64,000 nucleotides of DNA. It comes from Octopus vulgaris (lineage: Eukaryota). The position numbers and the translations under genes are program-made. The stretch lies in NCBI GenBank assembly GCA_951406725.2, contig OX597825.1:48918001-48982000 (forward strand), given 5' to 3'. Shown here in pieces: positions 37,659 to 52,200 of this stretch (the stretch's first letter is position 1; every line of letters starts with the position of its first letter). The notes beneath the pieces are model-generated. The model searched no databases and was not told the origin of the DNA. It saw nothing but the letters and a program-made list of their open reading frames with translations.

Positions 37659-39094
37659 TAAACATTTGTACCTATGCATGCAAAATTGCATATATTTGAC
37701 TGTGTGTGTATGTGTGTGTGTTCGTGTATCTATGTTTGAATAAGGATAGGTATGATACATTAAAAGACATTAGATGTCTATACACATACAACTGTCTTTC
37801 TCTTATAGACACATACAGTGAGAAAGAGAGAGGAGGAGAGAGGGGAGGGAGGGGAGATGGAGAAAGATAGGATAACATAGAAGTAGAAAGAGAGAGAAAG
37901 AACGGGAAAGCGAGATCATTAAATATGGCCAGGTTTGGCCATTAAATAAGTGTAAGCTGCAAGTTATATACTTTGTGTTTCAGAAAAAAATCAATAACAC
38001 TTATTTACATTTCGGATTGATAATCGATATATTTTAGTGGTACAACACTTACATATGCACTTCCCGACATACACTCACACATATAGAAAAATGCACACAA
38101 ATCTGCATGCATACACTTGTACATACGTATTTGTGCGTGAAGAATGACCTGTAGAAAGGAAAGAATTTGCAGTATAAAGTAGTGAGAACAAAGTTGAATC
38201 AGACATGGATGATGTGTTGACAAAGAACGGAGTAACCAGATACTGCTTCGAAGAAATCGCAATACATGTACTCATGATTATAAAAAAAGAGCAAATAGTA
38301 AAGCTAGAAGTGAAATGGCACCACTGATTACGATGAATGTCAGAATAAAGATCAGCATTGACTATTAAGACATGTAAATGAAGGATAATGGCGAAAGAAC
38401 ATAGAAAATATAAAAAGATTTGACAGTCGTTTGGTAAAATGGTACTATTACGAGAGCTTTCAAAAACAATACAGTTTTGAAGAGATATTCTGAAACTTCT
38501 GATGGAATAGTTTGATCAATAATGAAAGTAAAAGCAGTATGACAATATTGCAACAATTTGTGGGAAGCAGAAAAAAGAATTAGATTTATTTATCAATAAA
38601 TTGTGCAAAATGGCACAATTCTAGTTTTAGGTATTTACATTGTTTTCTCGATAGACTTTAAAATGATTGGTATGATAAGATGTCCGGATAGAAACTCATA
38701 CGTGTCAGGTAATCCCATAGGGAATCTTGGTATATATTAATGGTCATTTTATTTCTGTTTCAGCCCACCTAGTTATAATTAGATATCAAGAAAAGTATCA
38801 GCTCATATATGTGTGGATGAGACACATTGAATAATAACTGAATATTTTCTTAACGTTCAGTGTTGAGTTGAAGGTTTTCGAAGTAAAAGATTTTATCTAG
38901 AGAGAAGCTATCATATCATGATCCTATATTATTAGATTTATTCCCACAATGCTAAAGTGAATTTGATATCTCTTCTGTTTCCTATAAACGACTAGAACTT
39001 TGTCAGTCTGAATTGTTGGTATGAAATCATCGTATTGTGCAGATTTATATTTATTGTATCTAAAGATTGTTGACACTGACGTTAATGAGTTAAT

Positions 39095-39390
39095 GTATGT
39101 GGAACACCGTCGGTTGCAACGACAAGGATTCCAGTTGATCCGATCAACGGAAGAGCTTGCCAGTGCAAGTGGCTGAGCACGCCACAAACAAGCGTGCTTT
39201 TAACTTAGTTCTCAGGGAAATTCGGCGTGACATAAAACATGACAAGGCTGGTCCTTTGAAATACAGGTATTCACATTTTTGAAAGCCGAGTGAACTGGAG
39301 CAACTTGAAATAAAGTATCTTGCTCAACCTGTCACCGGGAATTGAACCCGCGAACTTAGCCGAATCCCTGACCAATAAGCCACGTGCTTA
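39095..39390 (-). mobile_element. tRNA-derived SINE (third family)
   Basis: Minus head agcacgtggcttattggtcaggg..gcgggttcaattcccgg, then CORE-like ttgagcaagatactttatttc. Confidence 0.75.
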
Positions 39391-39764
39391 CGATGCATTT
39401 ATGAATTCACCACGCATATACAAACGAGCACAAATACACATTTAAATACATACACACATATGTATGTATGTATATATATATATATGCATATACACATCGC
39501 TGGTCACAATGCGTTCGCATTGTTTTAGCCTTCGAATGACGCCACCCCGCTGGCTAAGCGAGCAGGCCAATGTATACATATATACTTTATAATAGGGTTC
39601 AACAAAGATTTGCTTTACCACATACTGAAGTTTAGAAATAGTAGCCAAAGAACCTTAGCTATTTCCTCTACTTTAAAAAGAGACTCCCGGAAAAACCAAA
39701 TTGCTCGAAAACAATCCACGAAGGCAGAGAGGAAAAATAACGAAAATCAATCGATATTAGATTA

Positions 39765-39847
39765 CCCATGTACACGTTTCGGAATTAGATCGGTATAAAG
39801 AATGTGTAATTTATAACTTACCCGAACATTTTCTTCATCAGCATGGG
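39765..39847 (-). ncRNA. Minimal type I hammerhead motif within a probable Penelope pLTR remnant (~39585-39900)
   Basis: Minus strand: cccatg-CTGATGA-[~54-nt domain II, decayed stem]-GAAA-cgtg-TA-catggg. Perfect 6-bp stem I. Confidence 0.7.
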
Positions 39848-39892
39848 ATTTCACAATATTAAATATTAAAAATTAAAAATTTGTTATTATTG

Positions 39893-39929
<37 letters not shown>

Positions 39930-40161
39930 GCCACATTCAACATAGTTGTTCCGTACGGAACGACATTACGACTATTTTTTAATCCTAGGAAAACTTCTCC
40001 AAAATGTTAACAACACAACCTATGTCAGATATAGTGCAGGCAGATGGGCCTACCCCTACCTTCTAGCGATTTTGATAGGATCAGCAGACTGGCCTTGAAG
40101 TGGCAACAAACATTACTTTTCAGTATAGTTATTACTTGCATCTCCTGTTAGTGGCCTACTT

Positions 40162-40764
40162 GGATCTTTACCTTTTGACCTACAGATTTAAAAATAATTT
40201 TTTGTAACTAAACACTTTAAAACTTCGGACACTGGTAGAATGTGTCATATAAAACATCTTTTACTCTTAGCATTTTTGAGAAAAAACTTATACTTACGAA
40301 GTTATTTCATGTTAAAAAGTAGTCCTATTTCGGTAATTACAACCAATCAACGACGTGTATACAGCTGAATAAAATTACTGCCGTTGTTTGTCAACAAGAA
40401 CTTGTTACTGTCATTTATGACATCGTTCGTGCGTTTGTACTGGTTTTAGCTTTAAGGTTTTAGGGTTAGAGTTTTAGGGTTAGGGTTGACATAAATAACT
40501 GACAAATGAAAAATGCGCTGCCGGAAGTTCTTGTTGACAAAGAACGGCAGTAATTTTATTCAGCTGAATACACGTTATTGATTGGTTGAAATTACCGAAA
40601 TAGGACTACCTTAACGTGAAATAGCTTCGTAAATATAAGTTTTTCTCAAAAATGCTAACAGTAAAAGATGATTTATTTGACACATACTACCAGTATCGGA
40701 AGTTTGAAAGTGTTTAGTTACAAAAATTTATTTTTTAAATCTGTAGGTCAAAAGGTAAAGATCC
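40162..40764. mobile_element. MITE with ~240-bp TIRs and a central TTAGGG-like tract (Merlin-like)
   Basis: ggatctttaccttttgacctacagattt..aaatctgtaggtcaaaaggtaaagatcc; arms pair through to gtcaacaagaactt/aagttcttgttgac; centre ttttagggttagagttttagggttagggtt. Confidence 0.9.
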
Positions 40765-42035
40765 TGCTGCATTCTCAATCAGTATCCAACATTTACAGTT
40801 TGCAACTGTTTCTTCATTATAATACTGCTAACGGGATACAGTACGAGTTTAACAATGTATAATGCAAAACATATATATATATATACATATATATGTCCTG
40901 TCACTAGTATACCAAAGAGTATCGTTGAAGTGTTACTAGTTATGATTAAGTCAGTCCACACGCTTAAAATATTTCGGAAGTGGTATGCGCCAGATATAAA
41001 ATCAAACACTCGCAGATGTACACCCAGATAGACACTAAATCAATAAATTTAATTTTAAAAAATATCTATAAACTGGTGATATGTGCATGACGCTACAACT
41101 TACACTTATAACTAAATAGATGAATTGAATACTGAACGACATTTACGGAGAATGAACATCCCATTCCTCAGGACAATGTAGAACGAAGTAGATACTAGCA
41201 ATAGAATGTAGTATAACAGGTTTTATTTTCTTTTATGAAAACTGGTTGTTTTTATATCAGAAATCCCCCACCATTCTGAGTTCAAATCCTTTTTCAGGAC
41301 AGTTATATATGTAATATTTGCAAAGTGTATAGAATTAATATCAATGCTAAAATTGGAACCTTTGATAAATAACAGTAAACCTATTGCACAGAACATTCTA
41401 TTTACAGAGAAGGTCATATAGTTCTCGAGACTGAAACAAATTAACAAGTCATTCTTTTACTGACTCTCTTAAGTCGAGCTCGGTGTAATTTGAACGTGGA
41501 TCATAAAGATATAAATCTAAAACAGCAACAACATATTTAAACCGTCACAAGCATTTATATCACAACACCATCTTAAAATCGATCAAAATTGTAAAGGTTT
41601 ACATCGGAAACTACATCATACTGAAGAGAAGTATTTGCTAAAGGAACATTTGAACATTTTAGAAAATATACAAGTTAAATAAGATGTATACTCCCTAGAA
41701 GGACAATGTGGTAAGAGAGCAGTGCAATATCGTCCACAGGAAATAGACTACGTGATAATTACATTGATCTGTACAAGTAAAGAAATTAAAAAACATATGA
41801 AAGCCTGGGTCACACTTTATGCCACACGCTCTCTACCTATTTAGTCATTCGTTCATAATTTTACCAGCATCTCCCATCCCAGTTATTTATCTTCTTTTTC
41901 CTCTCAGGATTTATTGCTACACATCTATTTACCTATCTGTCTAGCTAGCTATAAATATAATTATCTTTGAAGCAATGAATCGATTTCCTTACCAACTCAC
42001 CAAGTTTAACCTCTTCACACCTTCCCAACGCATCG

Positions 42036-42257
<222 letters not shown>

Positions 42258-42984
42258 CACGTGAAAATATATTATTTTTACTCTTTCACCCACGGAAAAT
42301 AATGACTGAGCTCTTTTCTGAAAGAAGTAGTGTAAACAAACTTTTCGCTGAATATTCATTTTCTTTTTTAAAATGCGTTTGTGATGGTGACCAGTTAATC
42401 ACACTTGCGCTGGGTAATTTGCAGGCAACGTTGATAAAGGTGTGATTTGAACTCTTAAGTGAGACGAGGGATTCAATTTAGAAAAACATCAAACTAAGTA
42501 ATTTTCGGTTCTGTCAGATAACTTTGTTACACTTTTTAAAGAGAGTCGTTCTAATGTTTCAATTAATTCTAAGCTTCTTACAGTTAATCGCGTAATATTT
42601 ATAACTCGGTTCACTGAGAAATTACCACTCCACCATTGGAAAAGTACCTATTTCATGGTACTAAGCTTAATTAGATTAGTTATTCAACCTGCTGAAGCCA
42701 TTATAATTTCTGGCTTAGCATGTACTTAATGAAAATATGTTATTAAAGTACAAATAATATTAACCGTATTGAGTACATCATATAGAGTTTAATGTCTATA
42801 TTATGTTGATGATGATTCAGGGGCGTAGAATTGGTGTCCAAATGCCGGACAGGACACCCTGTTGTTTTCTGACAGTACCGTCTGCAATGGCACAAATTAT
42901 TGGTTGCATTTGTGGCACAACGTGTCCTATACAGTTTCTGTATAGGATGACAGACGTTGTTGGCAAATATATGTTACGGTTCCG

Positions 42985-43408
42985 GGATCTTTTCGGTTTG
43001 AACGGCAGTTTTTTCTAGCGGTGTCATATGAAATTGTCACCCATAATTATGACCTTAGAATCGATCTATTGCATTTCAATCTCTTTTAGGGTCAGGGTTA
43101 GTTAGGGTTAGGGGTGGGGGAAGGGTATCTTTTTTTCTTCACAAATGTAAATAAATCCAATCTGTTTCTTAAACGAGGGACATATTCATACGGCACAGAA
43201 TGCTTTTTAACTCAATAGACGTCACTTATTGGTTGAAATTGCAGAAATTGAAGAAAAAAACAACAAATATCTTACAAACTATAGAATTTTCTCAATAAAG
43301 CCAAGAGAAAAAGATGTTTTATATACACATTCTACCAGTATACGAAGTTTAAAATTTTTTAGTTACCTAGAAATTATGTTAAAACTGCCGTTCAAACCGA
43401 AAAGATCC
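42985..43408. mobile_element. Merlin-like MITE with 8-bp TSD
   Basis: Perfect TIR ggatcttttcggtttgaacggcagtttt / aaaactgccgttcaaaccgaaaagatcc; TSD CGGTTCCG at 42977-42984 and 43409-43416; internal ttagggtcagggttagttagggttagggg. Confidence 0.9.
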
Positions 43409-43416
43409 CGGTTCCG

Positions 43417-44020
43417 TACTGCCACTGTTTATATCTCGCTCAGAGATTTATATGCTGACGGTTGCGATCTTGCCAGTCATTCTGAAACAGGCCTGCATTG
43501 ACCCAGCTTGTGATGATTTTGGCTAGACCATCGACTTGTTTGTAACACACCCACCAAAGTTTTGTTAAGGTAGATGCACGAATCAGCAATCTCAAGTAAC
43601 TACTTGAGATTGTTGATTCGTGCATCTACCTTGGAAGCTCGGTATAAAATGATGGAAATCTTGATACAGAAATACATCTGCGAATTCAAATGGCAGTAAA
43701 AGCATTTGGTGCTTTGGAGTCACGCGTTTGCGGCAGCAACATACAAATAACAATAAAAAGTTGGCTCTTTGCAAATCATTTGTCTTACCATCCCTGTTGT
43801 ATTCCTGTGAAACATGGACATGTTATGAAAAACATTTTATATTGCTAGAACAATTCCACCAAAAATGCCTGCATCGCATTTTAAACATTAAATGGGTTTC
43901 TTTTATTCTAAACACAGATGTCCTTGCATCTGCAGGGAAAACCTCAATTAAAGCTATGATTTTGAGAAATTAAATGAGATGGTGTGGCCATATTGTTCGA
44001 ATGGCAGATGAACGCATGCA
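43417..44020 (+). mobile_element. Degraded RTE LINE RT fragment
   Basis: LRDLYADGCDL (decayed YADD), VLPSLLYSCETWT..LEQFHQKCL.RILNIKW, RWCGHIVRM. Confidence 0.85.
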
Positions 44021-44424
44021 GGACTCAAAAGAGATTTAAGGAAGAATGTTATGATCGAGAAGGTGAATGACAATGACCTTTTTGTGTGCACAGTCTGCGA
44101 CGGGCCATGCCTTTGTTTTGCTGGGCTCAAATCTCATTTGTGAACCTATGGAAAACAAACATACAGCAACTATTCTGCTATATATCTCTGCACAACATTG
44201 AATGCAATGTATGCCAGAAGGTTTGAAAACCAAAAGGAGGCCTCAAAAGATATTTTAAGATCCAAAAAAATTAGAACTTATCTGCAGCTCTTGGTGGTCC
44301 AAATCGCATATGCAATCTATGTTGGTGCCTTTTCAGAACATTATCTGGTTTAAAAATCCACATCAGATCAATGATGGTTCTAAGGTGGTCAAATTCTGCA
44401 CAAGGAGTAGACAACCACCATATA

Positions 44425-44498
<74 letters not shown>

Positions 44499-46414
44499 TA
44501 TGTCTGTGTGTCTGTGTGCGTTTGTGTGTGTAGTGTGTGTGTGTACGTGTATATGTATGTATGTATATAAATAACTCTATGTGTATAGGTATATATATAT
44601 GTGTGTGTCTCTTCATGTGTGTACGTTCCTTTGCGTGTGCACATATTCTTGGACTTACGTGCATACAGTCACAGCATGTATGCGCCTGTGTAATGTTTAT
44701 ATACACCATACATTAGTTACGTCATAAATATATGTATACATAGTTAAAGAAGCACTTAACACTGCATCTGATGTGACGTTTGTAACTGTTAAGTAAACAC
44801 GTGTTGGAATATTCGATAACTCGAGAACATAATGATCTTTGCCTTATATCTGCATACTATGAAACAATGAAACAATACATATATATATATTCCAGCTTTC
44901 AATACTCTCAAGCCTAGATATTAATGTGCACACGTTTTTTTCTCTATTTGATCTTTGCCTGGCAAAATATACGTATTGATTACTAGAACTGTATAGTCTG
45001 CGGCGAAGAAAAATGGAATACAATATTATTAAATAGCTATTCAGTGCATTGTGGAAGCGAAATCTCAGTATTATACATGCTTAAAGATGGAAGTTCACTG
45101 GTTCTATTCATCGATGGAAGTCTCCTTTACACTTCTCCCCTCCTCTCTCAGTCATACTGTCAATCTCACTCTTTCCCTCTCAGTCGGTGTAGTAGTGTGC
45201 CACTTCCTATTGTAATATTTGTCGATTTAACCTTTTGAATGCCTGAATAATTATAACACTGAATCTGAGAATATTTTTGTATTTATTATCGCTATTATTT
45301 TATATATCAAAACAAAACTACTTTGGTTTACTTTGGTAAACTATTGAAAATGCATGCCGAAGTTATTCTCTGATAAACCTACATATCGTGATGATAGTTA
45401 AAGGTTAAAAATAAATATCACATATTCAGCGAAGATGGGTTTCAGAGTGATGGGAAAAACTGACAATAGTGAATTTTGGGTGAAGGGGAAGTCGATGGAG
45501 AGGGAACACTTCGTAAGGGCCAGAAAATATATTTGAAATAGTATTTTAAAGTATCACTATAACGAACAATTGAATACAAGCGGATTTTGAACATATCAAT
45601 AACCGAGATAAATATGGGGAACAACAAAGTATTTATTTATTGTTGTGTGAATAATTTCGAAAATGGAAAATGTGTTTAAAAGACTGAAGTAGAAGATACT
45701 TTTCTTCCATAAAGTTATGCCAAATATAGCTAAAGTTCCTTTTTTCCAAACCAACAGAAACCCTCTGTAGATTATGCAGAAATTCTCGGTGAACTAAATT
45801 ACGCTTACTACTAACGTAAACATTTGTAATCATACTAGTAGCTTCATAGGGTAACTAAATAATATACAGATCCCTTTCAAAAACGTCTTGTACATATTGA
45901 TTAAACCATTAAATTAAAATTATGGATGAGTACAGTAGGAAAAAAATCATGGTATATTATAAGATAATATTGGCAATAATTATTGAAAACAATGACAAAT
46001 CATGGAACAGTGAATATAGTAAAGAATGAAGGAGGTAGTTTACAGTCCAGGTAAATATAACAAACTTCAACGTCTGAATCAATGCAAAAATGTTTAAGTC
46101 TTAATGATACAAAAATGATTTTGCCAACAATCCTAAATGTAGACATAAATCTCATAAAATCCCTTATCTAGCGGTAATAATTATTTACTTCCATAAGTAT
46201 TGACATTCTATGAGCCAAAATTTAGAATAATAGAACAGATTTAAAAGTCAGTTTTAAATTTATTCTATCTGACATTGTGGAGTTTTATTCTTCGATATCA
46301 CAAACTATTGTCGTGCAAGTGCTAGAGTTTTGGTTAAATTTACACATTGATACTTGAGACCAATATTATGCTATGAAATTTGTGTCATTTTAAGCTCATA
46401 TCTGCTGGATACTA

Positions 46415-46745
46415 TCATCATTATTATTGTTCGACCGTGGTCGAGACAATGGAATTTACCATGCTACGCCAGACTTCACGGTCCATCATGGGAATACGGA
46501 TGCCCTGTTGCAGGATGCCTGTATCCCTGGAGATTACATCAGGGTAGAACAGTGTGCACCCTCATGTATTGCGAGTAGATGGCTTCCAGAGGGGAAGAGT
46601 AGAAATTGCCTCGTTTTCAGCTCTACAAACTGGACGCTCCTACTTTTCACAAGAGATGACGCAGGTGGTAGTTTCCCATCTGTAGGTTCCATCCAACTAC
46701 CTCTCAAGCTTCTTTAGCCGGATACTAAGCTTTCCTTATATATAT
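46415..46745 (-). mobile_element. RTE-group LINE 3' end
   Basis: Minus YPDVISRDTG..MMDREVWRSMV..VEQ* followed by a (TAA/TGA)n tail. Confidence 0.7.
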
Positions 46746-47993
46746 CGGAAGCCATAATGGCGACAAAATATCAGATCTCGTGGGTCTTCATGGGATAGAA
46801 ACGACTAGGAAAATTGTAGGAGAGGGCAGAATAGTGTGGTAAAGATAGTATGCTCCGCTGGCACTATTTACGGTGAACGTACACCAAAAGGATAAAATTA
46901 GAAGCATGTTAATATATTTAGTCAGTTCCGCCTTTAAGTTACAATAAATATGAACATGTAAATTGTTACTGGAAAATACAAGTATAACTTCAAAACACGA
47001 CGGACAAATGCTAGCCACTTCATAAACACAATAGATAATGGCACTAAGAATTCACACGGAACAATTTAGAATATTGTTAGTAGATGAAAGTCTCAACTAT
47101 CAACGCATCTAGGTTTTGCTATAAGATGAAGCATAAGCTCTTCCAGCCATGCCCACTGTCCGCACCAAAAGAAAATCGCATGTTTCAATTTACACTGTAG
47201 CATTGAACGTAACTACAAATAGTACTGGGTACTTTTAAATACGAATAAATAATCGCATTTCGGCACTATCATTGTATTACAATTTTTGTCATACGAATAC
47301 CGTGAATGTAAATTATAGCTCTTTCAAATATTACCTTAATGAAGTAACTAGAAAAACATGCGGAATTCCTCTTAACAATGTAACCACAGGTAATTCTCTT
47401 CTCAACAATAAATACGTTATTAAGGGATATATTTCAGACGCAATAGTAACGCAAACAGTTAATATCTGCCTTACCTAGAACTCATTTAAGGTCTACTCTA
47501 CACACACACACATACACGCGCGCATACACACACACGCGCACACACATACACACTCATCGCATCACTCAAGCTTTTATTAATTTTATTTGTGTAAGCTTTT
47601 ATCCTTTTGTCACTGCATCTCTTTTATACTACTGCCTGGTTGAGTGTACAGTATTTTGTGCTATTTGTAAGTTATAAACAGAATAAGTGTACGAAAAAGT
47701 TTGTGGATGAAAACTACATAATATTAGGATAATATTCGTCTGTATATTTAGTACTTGAAGCACTGCATAACCAATAATTGCCTATATTTTGTTGCATTAT
47801 GTTACAGAGAATTAATGATTAATTTGTTATATGTAACATAATGCGATAAAGTGTTTCTTGATGACCCGCAGTGGTTAAGCATCCGATACAACTTAGAGTA
47901 TCCGATGCAGACTTTCAATCAACTACAATATATATATATATATTTTCTAGTTTCAGCTCAGAGCTGCGGGCCATGCTGATGCACCGCCGTTAT

Positions 47994-48057
<64 letters not shown>

Positions 48058-48059
<2 letters not shown>

Positions 48060-48540
48060 GGTGTTTTGAATGAATTTGACTGTTTGCATAAAAGGAATTT
48101 AAAGCACAATATCCTGTCCAAGAAGATTATGGATATTAGATAACAGTTTATTCAAAGTAGCCAGCTCCAGCTTCCACCATGGCTTCAAGACAGCCCTGGA
48201 ATCTGGTACATGCATTCCTCAAATGCAACTGTGTCCATAGGAAAATCTTCCAATACCCCCTTGATCTTGGCAACCAGCTCGGCCTAGATGTTCCAGGAAG
48301 AGCGGCTGGTGTCTTTCTCAACTGTGCTGCAAACAATAATCCTTGGGATTACCATCAGTAAAATTAAAGCGCCAGATATTGAGGCTGGTGAAGTCGTAGA
48401 AATTATCCGACAATCACTTCTGACTGTTTCCAGAGGCAAGGCACGGAGCCGTATCCTACTGTCATACATATTGCAGCAACTCTCTCCAGCCAGAGATTGA
48501 CTACAGACACCAGTAGTTTCACGTAGCCGTTTTAATTGAC
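48058..48540 (-). mobile_element. Tc1/maT-like transposon remnant
   Basis: C-terminus RNACTRFQGCLEAMVEAGAGYFE* is typical of Tc1-superfamily transposases. Confidence 0.75.
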
Positions 48541-49044
48541 CCTAAATCCATGTTCCTGTAGTTAGACCAGTGTTAGTGTATTTATGTAACGGTATCTTAA
48601 TAAGCAGGCTTTAAAAAATAAGTACTAGAATCGATTTGACTCTTCAAGTTGGTGTCCAAGCATGACCGCAGTCTAATGACTGAAAAAAGTTAAAAAGATA
48701 ATGCTTTTGTGACAATTAACCAGAGTTACTTACGTCAAAATATTCACCTTTACTGTTTCATCAGTTACGATATTGAAATTTATACTCTGATCTGAAATGA
48801 ACGAGAAGGGTGACAGGAGGAAAATCGTCGCCTCGTACTTTGCTATGCTTTCGGCCTTTTCGCTCCGACTGCTTCTTTCATATGGATCGGGACACACAGC
48901 TGAAACTTATTGAATTTCTGAACACGTACAATAACCTTATTTTTACTGACGCCGTTCGAATATCAACTTCACATGTAATTAATTCATCTGTACTTTATTT
49001 TAATGGAACGACAGTGACCCGACTCACGGAGACGATTGTTTCGA

Positions 49045-49392
49045 AGGCGGCGAGCTGACAGAAACGTTAGCACGCCGGACGAAATGCTTAGCAGTATTTC
49101 GTCTGCCGTTACGTTCTGAGTTCAAATTCCACCGAGGTCGACTTTGTTTTTCATCCTTTCGGGGTCGATTAAATAAGTACCAGTTACGCACTGGGGTCGA
49201 TATATTCGACTTAACCCATTTATCTGTACATGTTTGTCCCCTCTGTGTGTAGCCCCTTATGGGCAGTAAAGAAATAAGAAACGTTAGCACGCCGGGTGAA
49301 ATGCTTAGCGACATTTCGTATTGGGGTCGATCTAATCGACTGGGCTCCTCCCTCAAAATTTCGGGCCTTGTGCCTAGAGTAGAAAAGGATAT
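49045..49392 (+). mobile_element. SINE family A with internal partial duplication
   Basis: ggcggcgagctgacagaaacgttagcacgccggacgaaatgcttagc..gagttcaaattcc..ctttcggggtcgattaaataagtaccag; tail ccttgtgcctagagtagaaaag. Confidence 0.9.
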
Positions 49393-49399
49393 ACTAGTC

Positions 49400-49800
49400 A
49401 GGTTCTCAGCTTTTATGATATTTCTCTGTAAATTTTGCCCTATCTGAGAGTGATCTAACAGCTTTTGCCTGAGTGTAATTGATTGTGAATGACTGTAATT
49501 GACAGGGACTGATTATGACTGCGTTTACCTTTTGGTCATCAGTCAACTGATGCGCAGCATATTTCGCAACCACATGGTAACTGTTCAATTTTTCATTTAA
49601 AATTAAGACAGCTGATTTTATTTACGGAAAATTCAAGGACTGCCGAATGATATTTTCACTGCTCAAAGATCGTCGTTCGTTATCGTCGAATGTCGTCCAT
49701 ATTTATGATAATCGTTGGATATATCTGAGGCTGTTATATCAAGAGAAAATAACCATAAAAAGTTTTCGTGATCTGTAACAGAAATTCACACTAATACATT
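49400..49800 (-). mobile_element. Old mariner N-terminal remnant
   Basis: VVAKYAAHQLTDDQK resembles the WVPHxLTxxQK linker; GRHSTITND resembles the upstream GRxSxxD motif. Confidence 0.45.
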
Positions 49801-51801
49801 TTTGCCACTACCATTTTATGTGAAGTAAAACATGAGAAATGTCACGAGAATTCATAGTTTAGTGAAATAGCTGGACCCAACAACAATCAGATTAGAGTTA
49901 TAAACAATTAGTCTCCTTTATATATCACAGTGACGAATGGGACGATAGTTCAAAAGCGTTTGTAACAATTTTATTTCCCTCGTGCCACTGACGTCTTTAA
50001 AAATAAAGTGACCAACTCAATTTTATCGTAAGAAAAATTACTTCTTGATACTGTTATAAAATGTTTACTTTCCATTGCTATCTTTGCAGTAATGTAGATC
50101 AGCACAAGTTAAGAAATACTTAATATTGCTTCCATATTTAACTGCAGACCCATAAAATAGTCCGTAATCTAAGTTACTTCAAAGTTTCCTTTTGAAACTG
50201 AAAGCTTAGAGATAATTCTTCAAAGCTGTAGCAGTAAAGAAAGGGAAAATGTTAATTGTGGAATATTTATTCATAGACAAACTTCACAATAGTATGTGTA
50301 ATGTCAGAATAATTATTCCAAGAAATTCCATACTATAGATGGTTCATAACTATATCTATTTACTGAAAATACTAGACTCGTCAAAAGTTGATTCCTTAAA
50401 AATTTCTTAGAGAAAAGTGATAATTCAGTTACCTAGTTAAGGTGAGCATTTTAAAAATTTAAAAGTCTTCTGATAACATGTCGGAAACCTCGGCTTGGTT
50501 TTCAAGTTTAATACATTAGAAACTAACCTCTGCTCAAAACTGGTATTTACAAAATTAATAGCAGTTTTCCTATATTATATTCGATAATATGGAGAATTCA
50601 GCGAACGTGTTTTCCGTGGTACAACAAATATATTATGGAATGGATGTAGAGAGAGTAATTACACTTTACATCAGATTCCAGTATTTGATAGGAAGTTAGC
50701 AAACATTTTGCTGATTCATTCCGGAATAATGAAATAATTAGTTTTAATTAATTTCTTAAAACGTGGAACATCAACAGAAGATAATGTAAACATATTAGAA
50801 TGCTATACAAACAATTGTTAGATCGTTTAATTTAAAAAGAACGTGAATATCTAGGGTGCTAGAGAAATGTTTGTTTTTATATCTTTAAGGTGATATTTCC
50901 GTCAACCAACAACACCGGTGACGAATTTAAATCAGAGTTTTACTCGATCAAACCTTTGTGACAGTTTCCGTGGCAGCAGCAGCAGCAGCAGCAATAATAC
51001 TAGTAGTAAAAATGATAATTCTTTCTGCTCCAGGCACAAGAGATACCTCAAATTTTGGAGACGAGTCTCAGTCGACTATATCGACATCAATGCTCAACTG
51101 GTATTTATTTAATCGACATCTGAAAAGCAAATTCATCGGTGATGTTTGAACTCAGAACGTAGAGCAGAAACATGTCACTAAGTATTTCATCTGGTATGTT
51201 ACTGATTCTACCGCCTCGGTGCTCTTAATGATTTCAAATTTTGACACAAGGCTAGCAGTTTTAGTGCAAGGTGATATTCAGATCAAGTACCACTAAGCAG
51301 AATCGTCAGCATGTAGGACAATTTTGTGCGACGTGCCAATTATTCTGCCTGCTCACAGTCCTTATAATAATAATTCTTTCTACTGAAGGCTTGAAATTTG
51401 CGAAGATGGGTCTAATGAATTACATCGACTTCAGTGCTGGAAATATCGCAAGCCTCAACACGTCTGTGCATCGGCAGCTACGGAATACCCAGTCTTCTAT
51501 TCAGCAGATGTTGGCAGCAAATTGAACACTTGAACCATAGGTTTACCTTGAGGAAACAACGGAAAACCAACATTTAATCTATGAATTATTTATTTATACA
51601 CTATACCTTGGGCATTATCTTACTTTATACACTATACTCTGGACATCTTATAATCTTTTTAATATCATTTTTAACCTAACTTTTATTAGTAAGTAGGACT
51701 ATACTATTAATATGTTTTTATATATTTCTCATGTATTTTTATAGATTTGCATAGTTTGTCGAACATATGTATATTATATTTTTAATATTTTTGGCGTGTC
51801 A

Positions 51802-52200
51802 AGGCGGCGAGCTGGCAGAATCGTTAGAACGCCAGGCGAAATGCGTGGCTGTATTTCGACTGCCGTTACGTTCTGAGTTCAAATTCCGCCGAGGTCAACT
51901 TTGCCTTTCATCCTTTTGGGGTCGATTAAATAAGTATCAGTTATGCACTGGATCGATATAATCGACTTGATCCGTTTGTCTCTCCTTGCTTGTCCTCTCT
52001 GTGTTTAGCTCCTTGTGGGTAGTAAAGAAATAGGTATTTCATTTATCTTTACGTTCTGAGTTTAAATTCCACCGAGGTTGACTTAGCTTTTCATCCTTTC
52101 GGGGGTCGTTAAATTAAGTATCAGTTTCTTACAGGACTCGATCTAATCGACTGTCCCCCTTCCCCAAATTTCGGGCCTTGTACCTAGAGTAGGAAAGAAT
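51802..52200 (+). mobile_element. SINE family A, dimeric-type copy
   Basis: ggcggcgagctggcagaatcgttag.. with two ttacgttctgagtt.aaattcc..ctttcatcctt modules and the same tail as the 49045 copy. Confidence 0.9.
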
